A stretch of 63,354 bases of DNA, counting the filler. It is 7 parts of 7 records of this genome, joined end to end, with 100 filler letters (N's around TTAATTAATTAA, not from the genome) between each part and the next. Parts side by side here need not be neighbours in the genome. Positions count along the whole stretch, not along the records: positions 47,480 to 59,632 come from SRR20825010_2540; 6 more parts are not named here. One strand, written 5' to 3'. Each line of letters starts with the position of its first letter. The stretch's first letter is position 1. The position numbers and the translations under genes were made by a program. The notes under the pieces were generated by a model, which was given only the letters and a program-made list of their open reading frames with translations, made no database searches and was not told the DNA's origin. This document shows, piece after piece, positions 48,861 through 57,547 of the stretch.

Positions 48861-51106
48861 CAGTTGACCTCGGAAGCCGGGCGCTGGCTATCCTGCGCGG
48901 GCGCCTCGCTATGGCGCAGGCTGGCCAGGGCATCAATCACGTCTTTCTGTGAGGCCATGCTCAGCTCGATTACCTCGCGGGCCTGTTCCACGTAGTAACC
49001 CAGTTGCTCGTCGGCGCGGGCGGACGATTTCTCCAGCGAGCTTTCTACTTGCTGCAGGTTGTCCAGCAGGGTGTCGTTGGCACTGCTGAATACCTGCACG
49101 GCAGCGGTAAAGGCGTCGCTGAGGCTGGCCACTTCGGCGGCGCTGCCGGTGACATCGCCGGCCACCTGATTGAGGCGGGAGGCCTGTTCACTGACCTGCC
49201 GGGAAAAGGTGTCGCTGACCTGGCTCAAGGTTTCGCTGGAGGTGCGGATCAGGGTATCGATGGCGTCGCGCTGGGCACTGGCGGCGGCTTGCTGGCCACT
49301 GAGCAGGGTGTCCAGCTCGGCCATGATGCGGCGGCGTTCTTCCAGCAGTTCGTTGTCCCGTTCGCTGCTGTGGGTCATTTCCTCGCGCAGGCGGGTGATC
49401 ACCTCCGCGGCCGCTTTGGGGGTCTGCGAAGCGGTTTCGATCAGTCGCGTCATCGGTGCTTCCAGGGCGGTGCCCAGGCGGCCCAGATGCTCAGTGACCG
49501 TGGTTTCCAGCCCGGCCAGGCGCTCGCTGGCGGCATCGCCGCGGGCCGCTTCCTGATCACGCAGGGTACTGAGTTGTTCGCCCAGTTGCTTGATCAGGCT
49601 GTCCATGCCGGTTTGCTGACCGCTGAGTAACCCGGCGGCGCTGTCACGGAATTCGCTGTTGTGCTCGTGCAGGGCGCTACGGATCTCGCTGACCAGCGTG
49701 GCCACGGTTTGTTGCTGTTCGCTGAGACCGGTTTGCCAGTGCTGGATGGCTTGTTCGGTGCTGGCCTGGAATTGCCCGGCGATGGCAGCGAACTGTTTTT
49801 CGCTCTGTTCAGCCACGGTCTGCTGGGTGCGTTGTACCTGCTGGAGCAGTTCCGCGCCGCTGGCCCGGTGGACTTCCAGCCCGGCGTTCCAGCTGTCCAT
49901 GGCCTGGCGGGTGGCGGCCTGGAATTGCTCGGTAATGGCGGCCAGTTGTTGTTCGCTGGCGTTGCCCAGTTGTTGCTGGGTGTCGCGGACCTGTTGCAGC
50001 AGGGTGTCGCTGTTGTGCTGGAACTGGTCGTGGTGGGCGGCCAGGGACGTGCTGATGTCGTTGACCAGCCGGGCGCTGGTTTGCTGATGCTCGGCGAGGC
50101 CGGCGCGCCATTGTTCGGCGGCGTGTTCGGTGGTGTCGCGGAAGCGCTCGGTGAGGGTGCCGAGTTGCTGTTCGGTGATGGCGTTGAGCTTTTCGTGGGT
50201 GCCCTGAACCTGCTCGCTGAGGCTGGCCAGGGATTGGGCCATGATCGGCTGTACGCTCTCGGCGGCCAGGCGGCTGCTATCGGCCAGGGTGTCACGCAGG
50301 GAATCGCCCACGGAGCGCGCCAACCCTTGGTATTGCTCCTGGAGTCCGTTGTGGAAGGCTTGCTGATTGCCGGTGAGCTGCTCGCCCATTTGTTCCATGC
50401 GCCCGGTGAGGGTCTGCAGGGCGGTGACCAGTTCCGGGAAGGCTTGTGACTGGCTTTGCAGGGCCGCGTAGGCGGCTTCACGTTGGTGATTCAGGGAGAA
50501 GCGGTACAGCTGGCCATCCACGGCGTCGTCCAGATGGCGGGAGACCTCCATGCGGTCGCGACGGCACAGGGTGGCGGTGAGGCCCAGCATGGCGGAGGCG
50601 GCTACCCCGGCAATGGAGGTGCCAAAGGCCAGGCTCAGGCCGGCGATGGGCGCCGACAGGGCGCTGCGAATGGCGGTCAATTCACTGCTGCCATCCAGGG
50701 CGGTGGCGGCGCCTTTCAGGGTGACGATCATGCCTACAAAGGTGCCGAGCAGGCCGAGCATGACCAGCAGGCCGGTGAGGTAAGGGGTCAGCACCGGGCC
50801 TGGCAGGGCGGCGGGCTGGCCGTCGACGCGGCGTTGTACAGCATTGCGCAGGGTGCGGGGCAGGTCGGTGAGCCAGCGGGTCAGGGAGTCCCGGCCGGCA
50901 TCGGGCTCGGGGAGCTGCTGCAGTTGTTGATCCAGCCGGGCGGTGTCGCGGCGGTAGCGTAGCAGTTCCAGAAAGCCCAGCCCGTAGACGGCGGCGATCA
51001 GCAGGGTAACGGTGAGGGCCACCGGATTGCGCAAAAAGGTGGCGCCAATCCAGATAACGGCCACGGCGCCAAGGGCAAAGGGCAGAGCAAACAAAAAACG
51101 TCTCAT
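48860..51106 (-). CDS. zorA: MotA/ExbB-like membrane protein with long helical tail (DUF802, ZorA-like)
   Basis: N-terminal TMs, LLVMLGLLGTFVGM, GLSLAFGTSIAGV, then >500 aa of Q/E/A-rich helical repeats. Confidence 0.85.
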   Translation of the reverse strand: MRRFLFALPFALGAVAVIWIGATFLRNPVALTVTLLIAAVYGLGFLELLRYRRDTARLDQQLQQLPEPDAGRDSLTRWLTDLPRTLRNAVQRRVDGQPAALPGPVLTPYLTGLLVMLGLLGTFVGMIVTLKGAATALDGSSELTAIRSALSAPIAGLSLAFGTSIAGVAASAMLGLTATLCRRDRMEVSRHLDDAVDGQLYRFSLNHQREAAYAALQSQSQAFPELVTALQTLTGRMEQMGEQLTGNQQAFHNGLQEQYQGLARSVGDSLRDTLADSSRLAAESVQPIMAQSLASLSEQVQGTHEKLNAITEQQLGTLTERFRDTTEHAAEQWRAGLAEHQQTSARLVNDISTSLAAHHDQFQHNSDTLLQQVRDTQQQLGNASEQQLAAITEQFQAATRQAMDSWNAGLEVHRASGAELLQQVQRTQQTVAEQSEKQFAAIAGQFQASTEQAIQHWQTGLSEQQQTVATLVSEIRSALHEHNSEFRDSAAGLLSGQQTGMDSLIKQLGEQLSTLRDQEAARGDAASERLAGLETTVTEHLGRLGTALEAPMTRLIETASQTPKAAAEVITRLREEMTHSSERDNELLEERRRIMAELDTLLSGQQAAASAQRDAIDTLIRTSSETLSQVSDTFSRQVSEQASRLNQVAGDVTGSAAEVASLSDAFTAAVQVFSSANDTLLDNLQQVESSLEKSSARADEQLGYYVEQAREVIELSMASQKDVIDALASLRHSEAPAQDSQRPASEVN

Positions 51107-51906
51107 GGGGTGGTGCTTTCCTTGTGATCAATGGTGGCGAACGTGGAGCCGGTGTTTGCGTCTGAGGACGCGGCGGTGGCTGCGCCCAGCAGGCCCAGAA
51201 TGGGCTCCTGACGGGCGTCCAGTTCAGCCAGCAACAGCATTTGAATTTCCTGGCAGAATTGGGCGAGCCAGCCGTTGGCGGCCATCCAGTCCTGCGGTGG
51301 TGTGTGTTGGCCCTGCTGCCAGAGCGTGCGGTAACGCTTTTCCAGAAAGGCGGGCAGGGCAGTAAAGCAGCGGCGTACGTAGGTTGAGAGGCTGTGCTCG
51401 AATACCGCATCCAGCTCGGCCAGCCGTGCCAGCTCGGCACTGTGTGCGGTGAGCTGGCGGCGGGTGCGCAGGCGCAGGTTGGTCAGAGCGGCGATCATTT
51501 GTCGCTGGTGGGCCTGATGGAAGCGCTCGTAGGGGCCAAAGGCGGGGCGCTTGTCTGCCGGGGTGTCGCGATTGACGGCGGGCAGGCTGATCACCGAAGC
51601 GGCCTGTTTGCCGGCGAAGCTGTGACTCAGGTTCTCCAGCAGGGTGTTACGGGTTTTCAGCAGGTCGGCCTGCAGGGTGTCGGTGATATCGTCCCGGGGG
51701 GTAAACGGGCCGTTGGGGCGGTGCTGGGTGGCGGCATCCAGAGCAATGGTGTCGGACAGGTCAAACAGGCGCCCCAACCGTTCGGCAAAGCAGGGGTGCG
51801 AGGACGCGGCGGCTTTCGGGTCCAGGCTGGCGAGCAGCTGTACCAGCCGGCTGCCGGCGGGGCCGGTTTGCGCGGGTGTTTGCGTCCTATGCATACTGTT
51901 GTCCAT
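51103..51906 (-). CDS. zorF: DUF3348 protein (Zorya type III ZorF-like)
   Basis: SRLVQLL, FAERLG..D..DTIAL, LARLAELDAV, WL..F..E.Q.LLLAELD.R..PI.GL. Confidence 0.8.
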   Translation of the reverse strand: MDNSMHRTQTPAQTGPAGSRLVQLLASLDPKAAASSHPCFAERLGRLFDLSDTIALDAATQHRPNGPFTPRDDITDTLQADLLKTRNTLLENLSHSFAGKQAASVISLPAVNRDTPADKRPAFGPYERFHQAHQRQMIAALTNLRLRTRRQLTAHSAELARLAELDAVFEHSLSTYVRRCFTALPAFLEKRYRTLWQQGQHTPPQDWMAANGWLAQFCQEIQMLLLAELDARQEPILGLLGAATAASSDANTGSTFATIDHKESTTP

Positions 51907-51956
51907 GGCGACTGCGGATACGGTGAAAACGGGCCTGTGGTGCCCGCAGCAATGTG

Positions 51957-52017
51957 CGGCCTTTCCCGATTAGAATGGATCGGTGGGCCAGCCGCCCATT
52001 CTAATCGGGAAAGGCCG
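51957..52017. repeat. perfect 22-bp inverted repeat upstream of the Zorya operon
   Basis: CGGCCTTTCCCGATTAGAATGG (51957-51978), 17-nt spacer, CCATTCTAATCGGGAAAGGCCG (51996-52017). Confidence 0.9.
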
Positions 52018-52093
52018 GCGATGATAATGCGCTGGTCGGTTGAAAGATGGGTTGCGAAATCTGTCGTAGGGCCGGCACGCAAAGGAGTGCGAC

Positions 52094-52339
52094 ATGAACG
52101 CATGGAAAACCGCGATACCGGTGATGCTGCTGGCGTCGGGCCTGCTTTCCGGCTGCCAGCCGGGCAAACCCGTGGGCGCCGATCGGGACCGTCACGGCTG
52201 CCTGCTGTCCGGTGGCTATCAATGGTGCCCGGCCACCGCCGCCTGTGAGCGCCCCTGGGAGCTGGCTGAAGCCCATGGCTTTGCCAATACGACAGCAGGC
52301 TTTGAGCATTTTTGTACCGGTGCGGATCCGGACCAATGA
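52094..52339 (+). CDS. small Cys-rich lipoprotein
   Basis: AAGGAG RBS; lipobox LLSGC; GADRDRHGC..SGGYQWC....CERPWE. Confidence 0.8.
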   Translation: MNAWKTAIPVMLLASGLLSGCQPGKPVGADRDRHGCLLSGGYQWCPATAACERPWELAEAHGFANTTAGFEHFCTGADPDQ

Positions 52340-52372
52340 GTCAATGCGGGAAGAGATGCGGGAAGAGGCGCG

Positions 52373-52912
52373 GTGAGTGAATTAAGCGCAGTCCGTTTGC
52401 TGGCGGATTATAATCAGTGGATGAACGGGCGCCTCTACGAGGCCGCCGCGGCCTTGCCGGATGCGGTGCGCCAGCAAGACCGTGGGGCCTTTTTCGGGTC
52501 TGTCGAAGGGACGCTGAATCATCTGGTGGTGGCGGATACGCTGTGGTTAAAACGGTTTGCGCTGCACCCGGCGTGTATCGACAGCCTTGCGCCCATTACG
52601 ATTCTGCCCACGCCGCCGGCGCTGGATGCACCGGTGCGGGACACGTTTTCTGAATTGCACATGCACCGGTTATGGCTGGATCAGCAAATTGTGGTGTGGT
52701 GTGGGAATCTGCGTGACGCCGATCTGGAATATCTGTTGTCCTACCGTAATAGCAAGGGTGTTGCGGCGCGGCGGCGCTTTGGCAGTTTGTTAACGCATTT
52801 TTTCAATCACCAGACTCACCATCGTGGCCAAGTGAGCACCTTGATGTCGCAGGTTGGCGTTGATGTGGGTGTGACGGATTTGCTGGTACGTATTGCCAAC
52901 GATTTACAATAA
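52373..52912 (+). CDS. DinB/YfiT family protein
   Basis: YNQWMN.RLY, FFGSV.GTLNHL, HFFNHQTHHRGQ. Confidence 0.9.
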   Translation: MSELSAVRLLADYNQWMNGRLYEAAAALPDAVRQQDRGAFFGSVEGTLNHLVVADTLWLKRFALHPACIDSLAPITILPTPPALDAPVRDTFSELHMHRLWLDQQIVVWCGNLRDADLEYLLSYRNSKGVAARRRFGSLLTHFFNHQTHHRGQVSTLMSQVGVDVGVTDLLVRIANDLQ

Positions 52913-52970
52913 GCGAAGCCTGTATTGGTAGCGCCACTGCGCGTGGCCGTGCACAGAGGATGAGGCAGTA

Positions 52971-53225
52971 ATGAGCAGGATAGTGATGGTTATGGCGGTG
53001 CTGATGATGGTTTCGGCGTGTTCCAACCAGCAGAAGCAGGAAATAAAAGATGGCGGGCGCCAGGTTGGTGAGACGACCCGCGATGTGACCCGTGATATCG
53101 GTCACGCCACCCGCGATGCGGCCCGTGAAACCGGGCATTTTTTCCGCGATACCGCCAAGGATATTTTTGGCGATGGCAGTGCTGACGGGAATGAGGAAAA
53201 AGCGGCTGACGACAGCGACGAGTAA
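52971..53225 (+). CDS. small lipoprotein
   Basis: lipobox VSAC; repeated G..TRD motif (VGETTRD, IGHATRD, TGHFFRD). Confidence 0.75.
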   Translation: MSRIVMVMAVLMMVSACSNQQKQEIKDGGRQVGETTRDVTRDIGHATRDAARETGHFFRDTAKDIFGDGSADGNEEKAADDSDE

Positions 53226-53243
53226 CGCCGGGGCTTGCGGGAA

Positions 53244-54812
53244 TCAAATTTGCGATTCAATCGGCAGCCACGACAGTACCCATACCTTGATGCGTTGCCA
53301 GCGAGACGTCTCCGGATCGTGATCCACCGTCAATGGCGTGTCGCTGTCTGCATCGCTCGCTTGCCACTGCAATTCGTTCTCATCATTCAGGCTGACATGC
53401 CAGGCTGAATCGTCGCTGATCCAGCTGGAAAACAGCTGGCTGAGTTGTTGATTCAGCGATTCGCTTTCAATCAGCAACCCGATTTCCGTATTTTGCAAGA
53501 TCGAACGGCCATCCAGGTTCACCGAACCGATGAAGGTGCGATCGTCATCAATGACAAAGGTCTTGGCGTGCAGGCTGGCGCGGGACTTGCCCTTAAACCA
53601 GTGAATGCGTTCCTGCTGCCCGGCTTCGGCACGCAGCTCCCACAGGCGGATGCCATTTTCCAGTAGCGGTTTTCGGTAATTCACATAGCCGCTGTGCACG
53701 ATGGCCACGTCGGTGGTGCTCAGGGAATTGGTCAGGATGTCGACTTTAACGCCACGATCGGTCAATGCTGAAAACAGTGCCACGCCGGCATCTCCGGGGA
53801 CAAAATAGGCAGAACTGATTTGCAGCCGCTGTTCGGCGCTGTCGAGAATGGTCTTCAGTGAAGCGCCGAGATAATCGTCGCGGCTCACCGTGTCCCGTGC
53901 GGTGGCTTTTTCCGGTGGGTCGGCATAAAGGGTAGCCTGCCCCCAGTCCAGGGAGACTTTCCCTTCTACAAGCCGGCGGCCCAGGCTGGAGCCGGAGAGG
54001 GCGTTGGCAAATTCGCTGTTCGTCTGCTCATCCAGAAAGCTGTGCAGGGTGCGCCGCAAGGTGGCCAGATCCATGTCCGCATCGTCGGCGTCAAGAACAT
54101 GATTGATCGGCACCGCGGCGGTCGTGTTCCAGTACAGATCAAAACTGGCAACACCGTCAGGGACAATCTTGCCCACGGCCATCACGTCGACATCCTGAAA
54201 ATCCACGTTGGTATTGGAAAAATACTCGTCGCCCAGATTGCGCCCGCCAGTGATCATGACGCTACTGTCCGCCACCATCAATTTGTTATGCATGCGATGG
54301 TTGGTGCGCCCGAAATGTGTGGCCATTTGAAACGCCCGGCTAATGCCGCTGCGGGCAGCAACCGGATTGAAAATGCGGATATGAATGTTGGGGTGTTGTT
54401 CGAGGGTGGCAACGAGCGGCTCTGCCACACGTGTGCCCAAATCGTCGACCAGAAGACGCACCCGAACGCCCCGGTCTGCTGCTTCCAGCAGTTTGGCGAT
54501 GATGATGCGCGATGAGGTGTCGTCGGAAACAATATAGTACTGCAGGTCCAGCGAGGATTGGGCCACTTCAATCAGGGCAACGCGTGCCACAAAAGCAGAC
54601 AGCCCCTCGTGCAACAGGTAAAAGCCGGACTGATTTTCATGCTCGGGGTTTTTGTGAAGCTGTTCCAGCCCTTCGACAATAGGGCCGTCAGCAGGACTGG
54701 GAAGCCCTACGCTGGCGGGGCGGTCGCTCGGGTCATAGCTGGGCTGTGCCTGGCAAGCCGTGGAGAGCAAGGTAACCAGTAATAGCCCGATCAGGGGTGG
54801 CATATGAGGCAT
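53244..54812 (-). CDS. phospholipase D family lipoprotein (ClsC/YmdC-like)
   Basis: two HKD motifs (HNKLMVAD, HAKTFVID); AADRGVRVRLLVDD; lipobox LSTAC. Confidence 0.9.
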   Translation of the reverse strand: MPHMPPLIGLLLVTLLSTACQAQPSYDPSDRPASVGLPSPADGPIVEGLEQLHKNPEHENQSGFYLLHEGLSAFVARVALIEVAQSSLDLQYYIVSDDTSSRIIIAKLLEAADRGVRVRLLVDDLGTRVAEPLVATLEQHPNIHIRIFNPVAARSGISRAFQMATHFGRTNHRMHNKLMVADSSVMITGGRNLGDEYFSNTNVDFQDVDVMAVGKIVPDGVASFDLYWNTTAAVPINHVLDADDADMDLATLRRTLHSFLDEQTNSEFANALSGSSLGRRLVEGKVSLDWGQATLYADPPEKATARDTVSRDDYLGASLKTILDSAEQRLQISSAYFVPGDAGVALFSALTDRGVKVDILTNSLSTTDVAIVHSGYVNYRKPLLENGIRLWELRAEAGQQERIHWFKGKSRASLHAKTFVIDDDRTFIGSVNLDGRSILQNTEIGLLIESESLNQQLSQLFSSWISDDSAWHVSLNDENELQWQASDADSDTPLTVDHDPETSRWQRIKVWVLSWLPIESQI

Positions 54813-54895
54813 GGTGGAGTCATCGCAGCAAGTCTGCGATTATCAAAACGCAACAGTGCGATAATTTCAAACTGAACTTACACAGGGATCGGGTC

Positions 54896-56083
54896 ATGCT
54901 CAAGCAAGGGATGCTGGCAGTCGTTACAGGATTGATGGCTGGCGCCGCACAGGCTGATTTTTTTCAGGATTACATGATCGATCCGGAAGACGGCATGCTG
55001 GACGGCAGTCGGTATCTTTCCGAGGTGCCGCAAGGTTTCTTGCCGATCCCGATGGTGATTACAGAGCCCGCGGTGGGCGCCGGCCTGGGCATGGGCGCGG
55101 TGTTTTTCCATGAAAGTGAAGAACAAAAGAAACAGCAAAGAAACGCTCAGAGTGCGGCTATCATTCCTCACAATATCAGTGTCGTAGGGCTGGGCGCGAC
55201 AGAGAATGGAACACGTGCAGCGGGACTGGGACATATAGGTTTCTGGCATGACGACCGTATTCGCTATCGTGGTTTTGCCTTGTTTCCCGATTTGAATCTG
55301 GACTTTTATTCCCTGGGAGGACGCGACCTGCGTGATCCCGTAGAGCTGAATGTGAAAGGGCCGGCGGCCGTGCAGGAATTAAAATTCCGATTGGGTGAAA
55401 GCCGCTGGATGCTGGGAGCAAGGCAGGTTTACCGACAGGTCGAACTGTCCCTGGAAGAAAATATCTCGTTGCCCAATCCCCGGCTTGAACAGGCGGTGAA
55501 TACGTTTTTGCAAAACAATCTGGGGGATAAAATTAGCACCTCAGGGCTGGGCGTGCTGGCTGAGTATGATAGCCGGGATAATCCTCTGGCTCCTCAGTCC
55601 GGGCTTTATTATGCGGGTAATTATGTGTGGTACGGGGACAGTGTTGGCAGTGATATCAACTTTGCCAGTTATACGTTGGAGGGCCTGAATTACTGGAACG
55701 TTAACGAGCATTTCAATTTTGCCCTGCGTCTTCAGTATGACGGTGTCGATGTGAGCGACAGTACCCGGCTGCCTCCCTACGTGCTGCCTTATGTGGATAT
55801 GCGCGGCATTCCGGCTGTTCGCTATCAGGGTAAGGCGGTCGCGGTGGCAGAAGTGGAGGCGATCTGGAAAGCCAGTCCTCGCTGGCGGTTTAACTTTTTT
55901 GGTGGCGGTGGACGTGCCGCAGAAAGCCTTTCGGATTTGTCAGAGGCTGAAGTAGCCAATAGTTACGGTTCCGGGTTTCGCTATCTGATCGCTCGCCGGT
56001 ACGGGATGACGATGGGCATTGATATTGCCCGGGGGCCGGAGGATACCGCCTGGTATATTCAGGCGGGGTCCAGCTGGCGCTGA
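54896..56083 (+). CDS. BamA/TamA-like (bacterial surface antigen) outer-membrane protein
   Basis: signal peptide AAQA; ITEPAVG; YDSRDN; RGIPAVRYQG; YGSGFRY; C-terminal W; no POTRA domains apparent. Confidence 0.75.
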   Translation: MLKQGMLAVVTGLMAGAAQADFFQDYMIDPEDGMLDGSRYLSEVPQGFLPIPMVITEPAVGAGLGMGAVFFHESEEQKKQQRNAQSAAIIPHNISVVGLGATENGTRAAGLGHIGFWHDDRIRYRGFALFPDLNLDFYSLGGRDLRDPVELNVKGPAAVQELKFRLGESRWMLGARQVYRQVELSLEENISLPNPRLEQAVNTFLQNNLGDKISTSGLGVLAEYDSRDNPLAPQSGLYYAGNYVWYGDSVGSDINFASYTLEGLNYWNVNEHFNFALRLQYDGVDVSDSTRLPPYVLPYVDMRGIPAVRYQGKAVAVAEVEAIWKASPRWRFNFFGGGGRAAESLSDLSEAEVANSYGSGFRYLIARRYGMTMGIDIARGPEDTAWYIQAGSSWR

Positions 56084-56392
56084 TCAGTCTTCTTTTTCGT
56101 CCATGTTTTTGGCGGCAGTGCGGGCATCTTCCAGTGCGGCGAATTGCTCGGAAATCAGTGCGCCCACTTCCTGATTCACCTTGCGAATGGTGTCGTACAC
56201 CAGGCCGATGGTTTTGCGCTGTTTTTCTTTCAGGGCCGGCGCCTTGTCTTCAAAGAGACCCAGCTTCTCCAGTGCGTCAAACGGTAGCCCGGCAATATGC
56301 TGGTGTACGTCTTCCACAGTGGTTGCGCCATCTTCAATGGCTTCCTGAATCATGTCCTTGAGCAGTTCTGCTCGTTCTGCTGTTTTTTTCAT
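56084..56392 (-). CDS. hypothetical protein
   Basis: 102-aa helical ORF (GATTVEDVHQHIA..PF..VYDTIRKVN). Confidence 0.7.
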   Translation of the reverse strand: MKKTAERAELLKDMIQEAIEDGATTVEDVHQHIAGLPFDALEKLGLFEDKAPALKEKQRKTIGLVYDTIRKVNQEVGALISEQFAALEDARTAAKNMDEKED

Positions 56393-56614
56393 TGTTGGCC
56401 TGCATGGTCAATCGGGTAAGGGGCTGTTCCGCAATGTAGCGAAAACCGTTAACAAGGACCATAACCATTATGGGCCCCGGGAACACGTATTGGTGCCCGA
56501 TTGTCTGACCGTCTGTACCGTTGCCGGAGTCAGACTTGACCCTGTTCAATGAATGGGGCCACTCTGAAAACCGGGTTCGCCTGTGAATCCCTGATCGAAC
56601 AAGGAGTTGCGATT

Positions 56615-56890
56615 ATGGAAACCGGTAAACAGATGATTGCCGATATCAAAGGCAAGCTGGATGAATTGGAAGCCGAGCTGGATCAACTGGAAAAGCAGGG
56701 GGGCGGAGACCGCAGCACCGAAGCCGAGCGGCACCAGCTGGCCCTGCAGGATGTGCTGACGGAATTGCAGCAGCGCATTGACGAATACCATGAACTGACC
56801 GGTGCAGACAGCGTGGATGGCCAGGCTAACTGGCAACAGTTGGACAAGGATCTGAAGGATCTGGACAGCGATCTTTACGGCGCCAACTGA
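56615..56890 (+). CDS. hypothetical coiled-coil protein
   Basis: AAGGAG RBS before ATG 56615; followed by a terminator. Confidence 0.7.
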   Translation: METGKQMIADIKGKLDELEAELDQLEKQGGGDRSTEAERHQLALQDVLTELQQRIDEYHELTGADSVDGQANWQQLDKDLKDLDSDLYGAN

Positions 56891-56907
56891 TTCGATGGTG
56901 GCCTGTT

Positions 56908-56932
56908 AGCCCTCGGGGTCCGGGGGCTTTTT
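56908..56932 (+). terminator. intrinsic terminator
   Basis: AGCCCTCGG-GGT-CCGGGGGCT followed by a T-run. Confidence 0.65.
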
Positions 56933-56974
56933 CGGTATGCTTCTGTCTGGTTGTCCAGGGACGGGAGTCGCACT

Positions 56975-57508
56975 ATGGCCATTGGGCCGCTCAGCTGGCC
57001 GCTGCTGCTGCAATCGGCGCGTCGGCATTTTTCCCTTTTCTTCATGCTTTTCTTCTTTCTCGGTTTGCCGTTTGCGGCGGTTGGCGTCAGCCTGCTCTGG
57101 TTTGAAGGTGGCGATGATTGGGGGGCTGCGTTTGGCGGGGCTTTCTTTGCGCTGGTCGGCATTGGGGTCATGATCATGGCGCTGGTGACCAGCGTCAGCA
57201 GCATCGGCTATTACTACGAGCGGGCCTTGCTCAGAGAACATGGCGCCAATGTGGATGGGGCGGTGTTGTCAGTGACGCAATACAATGAGCCAGAGGGTGA
57301 AGAAGAAACGCTGTGGTTGCTGCGTTTCCGCTATACCTGCCATGGGAAATCGCATGAAGGGGAGGCATTCTTGCCCGATGACGAATGGGTAGGCCGGCTG
57401 GATGAGGGGAGCTGGGTGCCATTGCGGTCACTCAAGCCCCGCCCGGCGTACGCAGAACCCCGCTGGCGAAAATGGAAGAATCAGCTACGGCGCGAAGGCC
57501 GCTGGTAG
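56975..57508 (+). CDS. membrane protein, DUF3592-like
   Basis: two N-terminal TMs then a beta-rich domain (G..V.G.V, FRY, G..V.LR). Confidence 0.65.
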   Translation: MAIGPLSWPLLLQSARRHFSLFFMLFFFLGLPFAAVGVSLLWFEGGDDWGAAFGGAFFALVGIGVMIMALVTSVSSIGYYYERALLREHGANVDGAVLSVTQYNEPEGEEETLWLLRFRYTCHGKSHEGEAFLPDDEWVGRLDEGSWVPLRSLKPRPAYAEPRWRKWKNQLRREGRW

Positions 57509-57547
57509 GCTGGACCGGGTCGCCCCGGTCCGGCGCGGTAGCGGAGC

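Noticed and set aside
48222-51106. Flagellar motAB or exbBD/tolQR
   Set aside because: The very long helical tail and coupling to DUF3348/DUF2894-like genes fit Zorya; no flagellar or Tol/TonB genes are adjacent.
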